Below are positions 11,260 through 20,808 of a stretch of DNA of 64,000 nucleotides, piece by piece; the stretch's first letter is position 1; the number at the start of each line of letters is the position of its first letter. A model generated the notes under the pieces. That model ran no database searches, was not told the DNA's origin, and saw only the letters and a list, made by a program, of their open reading frames with translations. The stretch is from the NCBI GenBank assembly GCA_043821645.1, contig JBDRCO010000022.1, positions 1,676 to 65,675 on the forward strand. The letters are read 5' to 3'. A program made the position numbers and the translations under genes. This stretch comes from Pseudomonadota bacterium. GTDB taxonomy: Bacteria > Myxococcota > JACRCW01 > JAFGSX01.

Positions 11260-11275
11260 AGCAAGCCCCGTGCCG
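11260..11275 (-). promoter_or_regulatory. Putative sigma54 (-24/-12) promoter of the rSAM operon
   Basis: Minus strand CGGCAC-GGGGC-TTGCT, matching YGGCAC-N5-TTGCW, 46 nt upstream of the start codon. Confidence 0.7.
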
Positions 11276-11388
11276 GTGCGTCCCGGGTAGATTCCTCAGT
11301 CATTTCGGGTTCAAGACGAAGGATGGCGGCTGCTGGTCGACAAAAAACTGAGGAGCACGCGACATTCTTGAGAAGGGCTGCCAGGGAG

Positions 11389-12096
11389 TCAGCGCTGCAT
11401 CTGGGCAAGCTGTTGCAGGGTGATGCCACCCTTGAACTCGCCCATCTTGCCGACACTGTCGTCGCCCTCGAGGGTCTCCACCTTGCGCACCCCGGGATAG
11501 AGCCGCTCCGCCTGTTCGGCGCCGAGGGCCTGGATTAGTTCATCGAAGATCTTCTTCAGGGTCTCATCCCAGTCCTTGGTGGCCAGCTCGCGCGCCTTGC
11601 GCGCCTCGAACAGCACAGCGCGCGCCTCGCTCATCTTTTGAGTGGTCTCCTTGAAACCCTGAACGCGGCGCTTGAGCGCCTTGGCGATCTTCTGCTTGAG
11701 CTCGTCGTACTTGGGAGGCAGGAACTTGGTGATGCGCTGCGCCAGTTCGAGGCCTCGCTTCTCGAGCTCCCCCAGGGGCACCTCGGTGAAGTAGTTGGGC
11801 TTGTTCTGCAAGATGGAGCGCTTGACCGGGTGCAGGCCGCTGGTGTCGTCGACGGTCTTGATGAACTCGGCAACCTTGTTCTCGTAGGCTTCCACCCAGT
11901 GATCGCGCATGGCCACGGCCTCCTGCACCGCTCCGGCCGCCGTGTCCAGGGCGTGACAGGCCTGCTGCAGGGCATCGGTGATCGTGGCCACGCGCGTGGC
12001 CTGGGCCTCGAGCTTGCGCATGCGCAGGCGCCCCACCACGTAGTAGCCGTAGCGAAGTTTCTGATCATACTTGGCGGCGATCGGTGGCAGTTCCAT
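11389..12096 (-). CDS. Hypothetical helical/coiled-coil protein
   Basis: GAGGGAG RBS before MELPP; K/E/A-rich with gene-like codon usage; no family recognised. Confidence 0.7.
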   Translation of the reverse strand: MELPPIAAKYDQKLRYGYYVVGRLRMRKLEAQATRVATITDALQQACHALDTAAGAVQEAVAMRDHWVEAYENKVAEFIKTVDDTSGLHPVKRSILQNKPNYFTEVPLGELEKRGLELAQRITKFLPPKYDELKQKIAKALKRRVQGFKETTQKMSEARAVLFEARKARELATKDWDETLKKIFDELIQALGAEQAERLYPGVRKVETLEGDDSVGKMGEFKGGITLQQLAQMQR

Positions 12097-12222
12097 GGCT
12101 CCCTCGGTTGTGTTCATTCTACCCTCTCGTCGCCGGCGTGGCGATGCCTGCGGCGATGGCTTTTGACAGCCGGTCAGGCCACGCGCACAATGCCCGTCCC
12201 CTCGTCGGGGAAGGAGGATGTC

Positions 12223-12645
12223 ATGACGCGTGGTGCCGTCTTCGCCCTGGGGCTGGTGCTGGGTGGATCGCTGCTGGCCGCGCCGGTGAACATGAAACCG
12301 GGCAAGTGGGAGACCACCATCGAGGTTGAGATGCCGGGGATGCCCATGAAGATGCCCCCGATCAAGGCCGTGAGCTGCGCCACCGAGAAAGATCTGGTGC
12401 CCTCGACAGCCCAGAAAGATCAGGACTGCAAGGTTCTCAAGCAGAAGATCACCAACAGCACCGTCGAGTGGACCGTGTCCTGCAAGGACCCCAAGGGCGG
12501 CGTGGCGACGGGCGAGGGCAAGGTGACCTACTCTGGCGACAGCTACCAGGGGCAGATGGTCATGACCATCGGCGGTGGCGCCCAGGGCACCATGAAGATG
12601 CTGTACAAGATGCAGGGCAAGCACCTGGGCGCCTGCGACAAGTAG
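12223..12645 (+). CDS. DUF3617-family exported protein
   Basis: AAGGAGG RBS; signal peptide, MKPGKWE...EMPGMP, C...C...WTVSC...GKHLGAC. Confidence 0.85.
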   Translation: MTRGAVFALGLVLGGSLLAAPVNMKPGKWETTIEVEMPGMPMKMPPIKAVSCATEKDLVPSTAQKDQDCKVLKQKITNSTVEWTVSCKDPKGGVATGEGKVTYSGDSYQGQMVMTIGGGAQGTMKMLYKMQGKHLGACDK

Positions 12646-12657
12646 GCTGGGGCCAAC

Positions 12658-13461
12658 TCAGACGCCGTGGCGTCGCTGGTAGGTCTCGAGGTCCAGGCGG
12701 ACTTGGCTCAGTTCCTGGCGCAAGAGATCGATCTGCAGATCGCGCTGCCTGAGCACATCCTCCATCTCGGCGAGCTGCTTCATCAGCCCCTTCACGTGCT
12801 GCATCAGGCGCTCCGTCTCATCGACGCGGCGGCGACTCGGTGCCTTGACCTCGACCTGGATCTCGACCGGATCCGGGATCAGGGATTCGACCGTGGCGAC
12901 CGACCGGGGTATCGACGGAGTGTCGTGGACAGGCGTCAGAGCCGACAGGGGCAGGGCTTCGATCCGCAGCGAGGCGTCGTGCACCTGGTAATCGACCAGT
13001 CCGGCACTCGATGCGCGCTGAACTGGCGCTGACATGGACCGAGGGGGTGACGACGACAGGGGAGCAGCGACTGGCTGGACCTGCAGCACGGCGGGAGCGA
13101 TCTGGATGGCTTCCACCGCCGGCAGCCCCAGGGCCGCGAGCAGATGGTCGAAGCGTTCACGCTCCGCTGCCGGGACCTTGTTGAAGCGAACCCCCGCCCC
13201 GGGCACCTGGTTTGCAGCCAGGGCGTCCTTGGGCGAGATCGTGCTGACCACCGTGCCGGTCATCTCGATGGCCTGCTTCAGGCCAGGCTGAACCAGTCGA
13301 ACGCGCACCGTCGTGCCGAGCTCGGGTGGCCGGGGTGAGCGAAAGAACAGACCCCCCGCCGAGATGTTCTCGACGATGGCCGAGGACAGCTTCTCGTTGA
13401 GCCACACGTAGGCCGCGATGCCCTGCGCAGGGGCACGTGGGTAGCGCCTCTTGTCAGCCAT
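12658..13461 (-). CDS. PilZ-domain protein with C-terminal coiled coil
   Basis: RRYPR (RxxxR) and NISAGG (D/NxSxxG) c-di-GMP motifs, GAGVRF. Confidence 0.88.
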   Translation of the reverse strand: MADKRRYPRAPAQGIAAYVWLNEKLSSAIVENISAGGLFFRSPRPPELGTTVRVRLVQPGLKQAIEMTGTVVSTISPKDALAANQVPGAGVRFNKVPAAERERFDHLLAALGLPAVEAIQIAPAVLQVQPVAAPLSSSPPRSMSAPVQRASSAGLVDYQVHDASLRIEALPLSALTPVHDTPSIPRSVATVESLIPDPVEIQVEVKAPSRRRVDETERLMQHVKGLMKQLAEMEDVLRQRDLQIDLLRQELSQVRLDLETYQRRHGV

Positions 13462-13518
13462 GCATCCTCGCACCGCTGGACCACTGTCCGCGCGCGCAGT
13501 GTATCCGGTCCCGACCTG

Positions 13519-14985
13519 TCACCATAGTCCCTGGTCCTGCCCCGTCAGCGGAAGGTCTGGCGGTGCCTTCTCCGGCGCCTCGACCGGGGCGGGTGGCTGC
13601 GCTGGCGTGAAGCGGACCGCGCCACCGCTGCACGCCGTCTCCAGCTGCAGGAAGGAAAAGTTCTGCACCCCGAGCTTGTGGCCACGCGCGATGTCGGGTC
13701 GGGCCGCACCACAGTCGCCGCGCCGGACAGCCTGGCCCGCGCGCTCGTACAGCATCGACGACAGGTTGCTGGTGAGAAAACGCGACCAGCGATCCAGCGC
13801 CACACCGCGCTCGAGCACGGCGATGGCCTCGTCGAGGCGCCCGCTGTCATGCAGTCCGAGCGCCCACTTGTTGATCAGGACCGCGCGGTTGTGGATCAGG
13901 CTGCTGGCCTCGGGGTCCTTGAGGATGCCGCGCTGGTAGACGGCCAGGGCCTCCTCGTGACGCCCCGCCGTGGCGTGGGCCGAGGCGAGCTGATCGATGA
14001 CGTAGCACCGGTTGTTGCGAAGCACCTTGCGCGACGAGGCCGGAGCGTCCTCCCAGCCGAGGTCGATCAGGCGCAGGGCGCGCTCCGGATCGCCGCGGTC
14101 CATGGCATCCAGGGCAAGGTTGTTGATGAGCGCGCTCTGGTGGGCACGCAGCTGCAGCGAGCGCTCCCGTTCGGCCAGCCGCCCGCCGCGCTTGAGCAGG
14201 GCGTTGGCCAGTGGAACCTCGCCCCGCGCCACTGCCTCGAGCGCCCGGTTGGAGAGGATCAGGGATACCAGGGTGATGTTGTCTATCTCCGCCGCAGGCA
14301 TCTGCTCGGGCACCTCCTCGTCGCCAGCGAGCGAGGTATGACTGCGCGACAGCCCCCGCTCGAGCAGGAAATCCAGGTAGTTGCGCGATCGACGATCCGG
14401 TGCAAAGCCCTGCGGCGAGGTGGTCTCGATCTCGATGGGACCACGGCCGGTGAACTGCACGGCGTACACGTGCGAGGGGATGACCACGGCCTTGACGATG
14501 AGGTTCACCCGTTCGGCCAGGGTGTTGTACATGACCGTGGCGCTGACGCAGTTGAAGATGTGTTGATGGGCGACCTCGACCAGGGAGCTGGCCGTGGCCC
14601 GGTACTCGCCCAGCAGGCGCCGGTGCAGGGACGCCAGCAAGGCGCGCCCGCGCTGCTCGTCGTCGCGGATGCCGCGCACGTCGTCGACGATGGCGTCGAG
14701 GATGGGCATGAGCTGCATGCGATGGGCACGCAGGGCCTCGGGCTCCACCACCCCCGACGCGATCAGAGCCGCGGTGAGCATGTCGTGGTGCTCGAGGACG
14801 CGATCCTGGGCATCGTCGATGAGGGCCTGCTCGGTGGGCACGATGGGGTAGGCCAGCATGGGGTCGATGTCGGCCGGGTGCTGGGTGCTGGCGCAGCCCG
14901 GGTGCAGCAGCAGTCCCAGTAACATCAGCGCACCGGCAGGACGTCCGGTTCGCGCCTGCCTTGCTTGGTGGACCTGGCTCACCAT
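13519..14985 (-). CDS. TPR-repeat protein with transglutaminase-like domain (start uncertain)
   Basis: FNCVSAT...PSHVY...IETTSPQGF followed by TPR-like helical repeats; possible lipobox HPGC. Confidence 0.7.
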   Translation of the reverse strand: MVSQVHQARQARTGRPAGALMLLGLLLHPGCASTQHPADIDPMLAYPIVPTEQALIDDAQDRVLEHHDMLTAALIASGVVEPEALRAHRMQLMPILDAIVDDVRGIRDDEQRGRALLASLHRRLLGEYRATASSLVEVAHQHIFNCVSATVMYNTLAERVNLIVKAVVIPSHVYAVQFTGRGPIEIETTSPQGFAPDRRSRNYLDFLLERGLSRSHTSLAGDEEVPEQMPAAEIDNITLVSLILSNRALEAVARGEVPLANALLKRGGRLAERERSLQLRAHQSALINNLALDAMDRGDPERALRLIDLGWEDAPASSRKVLRNNRCYVIDQLASAHATAGRHEEALAVYQRGILKDPEASSLIHNRAVLINKWALGLHDSGRLDEAIAVLERGVALDRWSRFLTSNLSSMLYERAGQAVRRGDCGAARPDIARGHKLGVQNFSFLQLETACSGGAVRFTPAQPPAPVEAPEKAPPDLPLTGQDQGLW

Positions 14986-15065
14986 CTCTACCGCCTCGTC
15001 GACACGCGAACTCGTTCGGGGGTGCGCCTGCTTTTCCGTCGCCACGATGCAGGTCGCTGCGTACA

Positions 15066-15497
15066 ATGCTCCCCGTGTTCTACCACGAAAAGCCCCTGCG
15101 GTTTGAGTGTACTGGCTGCGGCGACTGCTGCATTGGCCGGCCCGGCGACTACGTGGCCCTGCGGCCGGGGGAAGCGGACAGGATCGCGGCCTTCCTGGGC
15201 CTGGAACTCGACGCTCTCAAGCAGCAGTTCCTGGTTCGCCTCACCGAACAGGTGCTGGGAGTGCGCCTGCGCGACGAGGGCCCGTGCGTTTTTCTCGACG
15301 ACGCCAAGCGCTGTCGCATCTACCCGGCGCGGCCGCTGCAGTGCCGTACCTACCCGTTCTGGCGAGAGATCCTCATAAGCGAGGACGCCTGGAATGACGA
15401 GCAGAGCCGTTGCGAGGGCATCCACCGCGGGCCCGACCTGGCCGCCGAGGAGGTCGCTGCGACCCTCGCCCTGGATCTGGATTCACCCATGATCTAG
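15066..15497 (+). CDS. YkgJ-family (CxxCxxCC) Zn/Fe-cluster protein
   Basis: LRFECTGCGDCC...CVFL...CRIYPARPLQCRTYPFW...CEGI. Confidence 0.92.
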   Translation: MLPVFYHEKPLRFECTGCGDCCIGRPGDYVALRPGEADRIAAFLGLELDALKQQFLVRLTEQVLGVRLRDEGPCVFLDDAKRCRIYPARPLQCRTYPFWREILISEDAWNDEQSRCEGIHRGPDLAAEEVAATLALDLDSPMI

Positions 15498-15538
15498 GGG
15501 AGTTTCACCTTCTTGCGGGCCGCCTGGACCAGGCGCGT

Positions 15539-16570
15539 TCAGGGAATCGCGCAGCTCACCACGCCGTCGTCGAAGACCTGACCCATGATCACGCGGCCGC
15601 CGTGCACCCAGCCGGTGGAGGCTGCCGAGACCTTGTGACCGTCGTCCTCGAACAGCCGGCGCACGCTCGCGTCCTCGACGTCGATGCGGAAGATCTGAGA
15701 GGGGGCGCGCAGACCGGCATCCGTGGCGTGGCGGGCGAAGACCAGCATATCAGGATGTGCGGCCGCGATGAGGGTGCGGCTGTCCATCCACAGCAGGTTG
15801 TCGACGCCACTGCCCAGGTCGAAGTGGCGGCTCATCTCGCCCAGGGCACCGCTGCCCGGATCGCGGGGGTACTCGCGCACCCGGTTCTCGCGCACCGCGG
15901 CCAGGTAGAGATGCTCACCGGTGACGTCGATCTCCAGCCCGTTGGCATAGGCCACACCCTCGACCAGCACCGTCCATTGCCCCTGGCGATAGTGCACCAG
16001 ATTGCCACAGGGAAGACCCAGGGCGCCCTCGACCAGCATCAGGCTTGCGGGCAGGCCACGGTCATTGGACACGTAAAGCTCGTCGTCACCGGCCACCACC
16101 AGGTCGTTGGGGCTGTGCATCAGCGTGTGCTGCAGGCGGCGCCGGAACACCAGAGCGTCGTCGAGGACGCCGAATTCCTCGATCAGGTGGGTGTCCCTGT
16201 TCACGTGATTGATCACGAACAGCCGCGTCTCGCCGGTGGCCGTGGTCCACACATCGATGCCGTGGGGATGAAAAGGTGTGGTGTCGCGGTTGCGAAGGAT
16301 CAGTGGGCGCGCAGGACCCAGCCCCTCGTCGCCCAGCTCGACCGCCGCGATCTGCCCACCCGCCAGGGGTGCCCCGTCGTCACCACGGGTCCTTCGCTCC
16401 TGGCTCGACACCAGCAGCCGCGGGGGCGGGTGCGCCAGGTCCAGGGCAAAGTCCTCGGCCCCGGGCAAGCCCTGCACGCGTTGGCAGGCGCGCGGATGCG
16501 GCGCGGGTTGCCGGGCACAGGCCGCGAGCGAGACCAGCAGCGCCATCACGAGAGCGCGTGCGGCGCTCAC
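15539..16570 (-). CDS. Paraoxonase/arylesterase-like beta-propeller lipoprotein
   Basis: Lipobox LAAC; GAEDF, FHPHGI, LFVINH, SPNDL, YANGL, GVDNL. Confidence 0.85.
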   Translation of the reverse strand: MSAARALVMALLVSLAACARQPAPHPRACQRVQGLPGAEDFALDLAHPPPRLLVSSQERRTRGDDGAPLAGGQIAAVELGDEGLGPARPLILRNRDTTPFHPHGIDVWTTATGETRLFVINHVNRDTHLIEEFGVLDDALVFRRRLQHTLMHSPNDLVVAGDDELYVSNDRGLPASLMLVEGALGLPCGNLVHYRQGQWTVLVEGVAYANGLEIDVTGEHLYLAAVRENRVREYPRDPGSGALGEMSRHFDLGSGVDNLLWMDSRTLIAAAHPDMLVFARHATDAGLRAPSQIFRIDVEDASVRRLFEDDGHKVSAASTGWVHGGRVIMGQVFDDGVVSCAIP

Positions 16571-17436
16571 GTCAGCACACTGTGGAGACGCAGGAAGCCC
16601 AGCATGGCCTCGGCGATGCGCTCGGGTTCCTCGAGCAGACCCGTGTGCCCGGCCTCGGGCAGGTGCAGGTGCTCGGCACCCGGGATGCGACGCGCCATCT
16701 CCTCGGACAGGTGCCCGGGTGTGAAGCTGTCCTTGCCTCCCGAGATGACCAGGGCGGGCACTGTGATCTGCTCGAGCAGGTCACCGGCCGAGTGCTCGGC
16801 CGCGGCCAGTCCCAGGGCACTCCAGCTCGGTCCGTCGATGCGGCGCATGTGATCGTAAAAGGGCTTCATGTCCTTGCGCTTGAGGCGCTTGCCAATGACG
16901 CCACCGAGCTGGTTGAGCTGAAAGGTCAGCGGCACGTGGTAGCTGAGCCCACCGATGCACAGGCCGACACCCGCCGCGCGCCCGCCGACGGCGCGCATCA
17001 CGTGCTTGAGCTGCGGCCCGAGCTTCGGATGCAGCAGGTGATCGAAGGGCCGGCCGTAGGTGCCCAGGATGGGCACGAAACCCAGGATGCGCTGCGGAAG
17101 ATGACGCCAGGCCTCGAAGATGATCTGGCAGCCCAGCGAAAAGGCCACCTGCACGGCGCGCTCGGCCTGCACGGCGTCCATGACGCGACGCAGGTCGTCG
17201 ACACAGCCGGCGATGCTGACGTCGGAGAGGTCGCGCGCGGGTGCCGAGGCGCCATGACCGCGCAGATCCCAGAACACCAGTCGCGCGTGTGGGGCCAGCA
17301 AGGGGGCGATGCGTCGCCAGTAGAAGTCCGACGCCGTGTAGCCGCTGGTGAACACCAGGGTGGGGCCGCGGGGATTCCCCTCGACGCGGTAGGCGATGGC
17401 AGTGCCATCGCGCGCCATCACGAAGTCATGGGCCAT
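16567..17436 (-). CDS. Alpha/beta hydrolase
   Basis: DGTAIAY, WDLRGHGAS, nucleophile elbow AFSLG, PALVISGGKD, GH. Confidence 0.9.
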   Translation of the reverse strand: MAHDFVMARDGTAIAYRVEGNPRGPTLVFTSGYTASDFYWRRIAPLLAPHARLVFWDLRGHGASAPARDLSDVSIAGCVDDLRRVMDAVQAERAVQVAFSLGCQIIFEAWRHLPQRILGFVPILGTYGRPFDHLLHPKLGPQLKHVMRAVGGRAAGVGLCIGGLSYHVPLTFQLNQLGGVIGKRLKRKDMKPFYDHMRRIDGPSWSALGLAAAEHSAGDLLEQITVPALVISGGKDSFTPGHLSEEMARRIPGAEHLHLPEAGHTGLLEEPERIAEAMLGFLRLHSVLT

Positions 17437-17464
17437 GGGACCCCCGGCGCCGCTCGCAGCGTCG

Positions 17465-18904
17465 TCACATGTCGAAGTAAAGGCTCATCTCGTAGGGGTG
17501 CGGGCGGTTGCGCACCTCCTCGTAGTCGCGCCGCATCTTGGTCTCGCACCAGATGCGGATCATCTCGGAGGTGAACACGCCGCCGCGCAGCAGGAACTCG
17601 TGATCGTCCTGCAAGGCGTTGAGCGCCTCCTTGAGCGAGGTGGGCATGCGGCCGATGCGTTCGCGCTCGCTTGCGGGCAGGTCAAACAGGTTGCGGTCCA
17701 CCGGGCCGTAACCCGCCTCCGCGGCGTCGATGTGGTTGAGGATGCCGTCGATGCCTGCCATCAGCTGCGCTGCCATGGCCAGGTAGGGATTGCAGGTGCC
17801 ATCTGGCGGGCGGAACTCGATGCGTTGCTCGCGCTCCGTGCCCGCGTACTTGGGGATGCGCACCGCGGCCGAGCGGTTGGCCAGGCCGTAGCACAGGTTG
17901 ACCGGGGCCTCGAACCCAGGAACCAGGCGCTTGTACGAGTTGGTGGCGGGGTTGGTGAGGGCGAGCAGGGCGCGGCCATGCTTGAGCACACCGCCGATGT
18001 AGCAGCGCGCCAGCGCGCTCAGGCTGGCGTAGGGACCGTCCTCGAAGAACAGGCTGCGCTCGCCGCGTACCAGCATCTGGTGAAAATGCATGCCGCTGCC
18101 TGCCTCGTTGTACAGGGGCTTGGGCATGTAGGTCACGGTCTTGCCCGCGGCGCGCGCCACCATGCGGGTGATGTACTTGATGAGCATGACCGCGTCGGCC
18201 GCGCGCTCCATGGGCAGCAGACGGATCTCGATCTCGCTCTGGCCAGGCCCGCCCACCTCGTGGTGGTGGTAGCGCACGGGGATGCCGGCGTTCTCGATCT
18301 GGCAGGCCATGGCCGTGCGCACGTTGTACAGCGCGTCGAGGGGCGGCATGGCGTGGTAGCCACCCTTGCGCGGGATCTTGCCACCCAGGTTGCGGCCCTC
18401 CTCGGCGCCGGTGTTCCAGTCCGCCTCCTCGCTGTCGATGCGGTAGGACGCGAGGTTGATGTCGTTGCGGTAGACGATCTTGTCGAAGATGTAGAACTCG
18501 AACTCGGGGCCCCACAGGCTCTGCTCGGCGATACCGTGCTCGGTGAGCAGCTTCTCGGCGCGGCGGCACACGGTGCGCGGGTCGTTGGCAAAGGGCTGCA
18601 GGGTGCCGGCCTCGTGCACGTTGCAGATCACGGCCACGGTACCGTGCTCGAAGAAGGGTTCATACAGCGCCGTGGTGACGTCGGGTATGATCACCATGTC
18701 GCCGGCGTGCACGCTCTTGAAGCCCAGGGACGAGCCATCAAAAGCGATGCCCTCGCTCATGATGCGCTCGTCCACACGCTCGGCCGGCACGGTGACGTGG
18801 TGCCACACCCCGAACAGGTCGACGAAGCGCAGGTCGACCATCTCGATCTTGCGCGGGTGCTGACCTTCGCGCACGAAGTGCATCAAGTCCTGGATCGTCT
18901 TCAT
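17465..18904 (-). CDS. glnA: Glutamine synthetase type I (GSI-beta-like)
   Basis: FDGSS, GPEFEF, HHEV, TYMPKP, GSGMHFHQ, SYKRLVPGFEAP, NRSAAVRIP, RIEFRPPD; has the GSI-beta insertion. Confidence 0.97.
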   Translation of the reverse strand: MKTIQDLMHFVREGQHPRKIEMVDLRFVDLFGVWHHVTVPAERVDERIMSEGIAFDGSSLGFKSVHAGDMVIIPDVTTALYEPFFEHGTVAVICNVHEAGTLQPFANDPRTVCRRAEKLLTEHGIAEQSLWGPEFEFYIFDKIVYRNDINLASYRIDSEEADWNTGAEEGRNLGGKIPRKGGYHAMPPLDALYNVRTAMACQIENAGIPVRYHHHEVGGPGQSEIEIRLLPMERAADAVMLIKYITRMVARAAGKTVTYMPKPLYNEAGSGMHFHQMLVRGERSLFFEDGPYASLSALARCYIGGVLKHGRALLALTNPATNSYKRLVPGFEAPVNLCYGLANRSAAVRIPKYAGTEREQRIEFRPPDGTCNPYLAMAAQLMAGIDGILNHIDAAEAGYGPVDRNLFDLPASERERIGRMPTSLKEALNALQDDHEFLLRGGVFTSEMIRIWCETKMRRDYEEVRNRPHPYEMSLYFDM

Positions 18905-19059
18905 CGGTGCTCCTCGGCCCCCGCAGCCACAGCGTCACCCCGCGTGTGCCCTGGCTCGACCTTGTAGATGAATTCACCCGGCCGTGCAACGCGCGGGCGC
19001 CAGGCTGTCGACGGAGGCGGGGCTGCGCGCCGGGTGAAACGGGGTCGGCGCTTGCGGGG

Positions 19060-19752
19060 TCAACGCGGAGTGGGATCGCCAGGCTCCGGCCGGCTCTGGA
19101 AGCGAAAAGGATAGTGAACCGTGACCTTGCCGCCGCCCTCGGGGGCCTTCAAGCGAAGTGCATACATGGTCTCGCGCACGCACTCGCCCAGGGAACCCGG
19201 CGCCACGCCGCCGTCGATGTCGAGGATGTCGCTGGAGCTGATCACGCCGCCCAGCTCGGGGTCGCCTTCGATGGTGAAGCGCACCTTGAGGGTCGTCGAC
19301 AGGCCAGGCTGGGTCTCCAGGGCCTGCTCGTAGCACTCCTTGACCAGGGGGACGATCTCGCGCACCTGGGCCTGGATGTACTCCTTGCTCAGGCTTCCCG
19401 GTGCAGCCTCGCTCGCGGTGACGCCACCACCACCCGGCCCCTGTGGGACGGCTCCGTCCACACCTCGCACGATGGCGGCCGCGGCCAGGCGTCGTCCTAT
19501 CTCGGCCAGCAACCGCGCGCGGGTCTCGGCGTCCATGCGCTGTGCTGTGGGCAGCGCCTGATCAGGCTGTTCTGTGGCGACCGGGGTGCCGACCCAGTGC
19601 GCGGCCCCGCCCTTCGTCGACGTCGGGTCCTGTCCCGGCGTGGCGACGGCGGGCCCAGCCTGGTCCCCGGCGACGTCCACCCGCGGCCACAGCAGGACCC
19701 CCAGCAGGACGAGCACGGCGAGGGCGATCACGACGACGAGGATGCGACGCAT
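19060..19752 (-). CDS. AgmX/PglI C-terminal (TonB-like) domain membrane protein
   Basis: N-terminal TM helix; LSKEYIQ...VKECYEQAL...VRFTI...CV...VTVHYPFRF. Confidence 0.8.
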   Translation of the reverse strand: MRRILVVVIALAVLVLLGVLLWPRVDVAGDQAGPAVATPGQDPTSTKGGAAHWVGTPVATEQPDQALPTAQRMDAETRARLLAEIGRRLAAAAIVRGVDGAVPQGPGGGGVTASEAAPGSLSKEYIQAQVREIVPLVKECYEQALETQPGLSTTLKVRFTIEGDPELGGVISSSDILDIDGGVAPGSLGECVRETMYALRLKAPEGGGKVTVHYPFRFQSRPEPGDPTPR

Positions 19753-19829
19753 GGGGGGATGCTCTCAGCACCGGTTCCCGCGCGCAAGGGCGCCCGCTAC
19801 AATGCGCGAACTTCTGGCGATGGTGGGTC

Positions 19830-20297
19830 ATGACCCAGGACGCACAGCTTCCCCTGACCACGGCGCCTCGCTGCGCCATGTGCGGCGCTCCACTGCCCGG
19901 AAACGCAGGCAGCCAGGTCACCTGCGCCTTCTGCGGCTCGCTCAACCTGGTCGAGTCCGACGAGACCCGACTGATCCGACAATCGACGCAGCGCCTGATG
20001 GACGCCACCGAGCAGGCGCGCGAGATGTACCAGCAGATGCAGCCGCGCATGCAGGAACTCGAAGAGCTGCTCAAGCAGGCCTACCTGGATCGCGATCTCG
20101 AGCGCGCCCTGCACTGGCACGAGGCCCTGCTGCGCCTGGTGAGCGCGCCCCAGTACCACATCCTGCGCGCCGCCGATCAGAGCCAGAGCTGGGTGCAGCG
20201 AGGCTATCGCGAGCTGGAGCAGACCCTCGCCAGCAGCCTGCACAAGATCCGCGACGAGTGGAAGCAGAGCGGTCGGGCCCAGGGGGCTCGGTCATGA
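19830..20297 (+). CDS. Zinc-ribbon hypothetical protein
   Basis: CAMCGAPL...VTCAFCGS followed by a helical domain. Confidence 0.7.
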   Translation: MTQDAQLPLTTAPRCAMCGAPLPGNAGSQVTCAFCGSLNLVESDETRLIRQSTQRLMDATEQAREMYQQMQPRMQELEELLKQAYLDRDLERALHWHEALLRLVSAPQYHILRAADQSQSWVQRGYRELEQTLASSLHKIRDEWKQSGRAQGARS

Positions 20298-20355
20298 CCA
20301 TCCCCGGCAACGCGGGAGCGCGCGCCGCGGCGAGGACCGAAAAGAGAGGCCGAGC

Positions 20356-20808
20356 ATGACCCTGAAGACGGGACGCCTGATGACCATGTTGTGCCTGCTG
20401 CTGACCAGCAGCGCCTGCCTGTGCGTGCGCACCTTCGACAATTTTCACTACTTCCAGTGCCGGGCCAGGCAGAGCGAGGCCAAGACCGGACTCAAGGCCC
20501 TGTGGACGGCCGAGCAGAGCTTCTTCGCCGAGCAGGGCCGCTATGGCAACCTCGACGAGGTTGGCTTCGTGCATCCGGCGGCCGAGGCCGAGAAGGCTTA
20601 CTACCGCTTCACCCTGCGCGAGCAGGACGGCGCGCACTTCGTGGCCGAGGCGCGGGGCCTGATCGCCCAGAACGAGCGCGAGCAGGAAGACGTCTGGGTC
20701 GTCGACGAGGGAGGTGAGGTGCGCAACACGACGGCCGCGTGCCTGCGCCCGGGTGGCGCCGTCGACGATGAGCCCGAGGTCGGGGCCAGCGCCCAGGAGA
20801 CGCCATGA
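20356..20808 (+). CDS. Type IV pilin-like protein lacking a prepilin signal (possible lipoprotein)
   Basis: NFHYFQCRARQSEAKTGLKALWTAEQSFFAEQGRY resembles the PilA alpha1-C helix; no GFTLIE motif; LTSSAC possible lipobox. Confidence 0.7.
   Translation: MTLKTGRLMTMLCLLLTSSACLCVRTFDNFHYFQCRARQSEAKTGLKALWTAEQSFFAEQGRYGNLDEVGFVHPAAEAEKAYYRFTLREQDGAHFVAEARGLIAQNEREQEDVWVVDEGGEVRNTTAACLRPGGAVDDEPEVGASAQETP

Noticed and set aside
17396-18967. Long antisense ORFs opposite glnA (and similarly opposite dnaB, hflX, AOR and the rSAM)
   Set aside because: Expected stop-poor shadow frames in high-GC coding DNA, with no recognisable motifs.
18980-19005. TGGCGC...TTGCA upstream of glnA as a sigma54 promoter
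   Set aside because: GG-to-GC spacing is 12 nt rather than the required 10.
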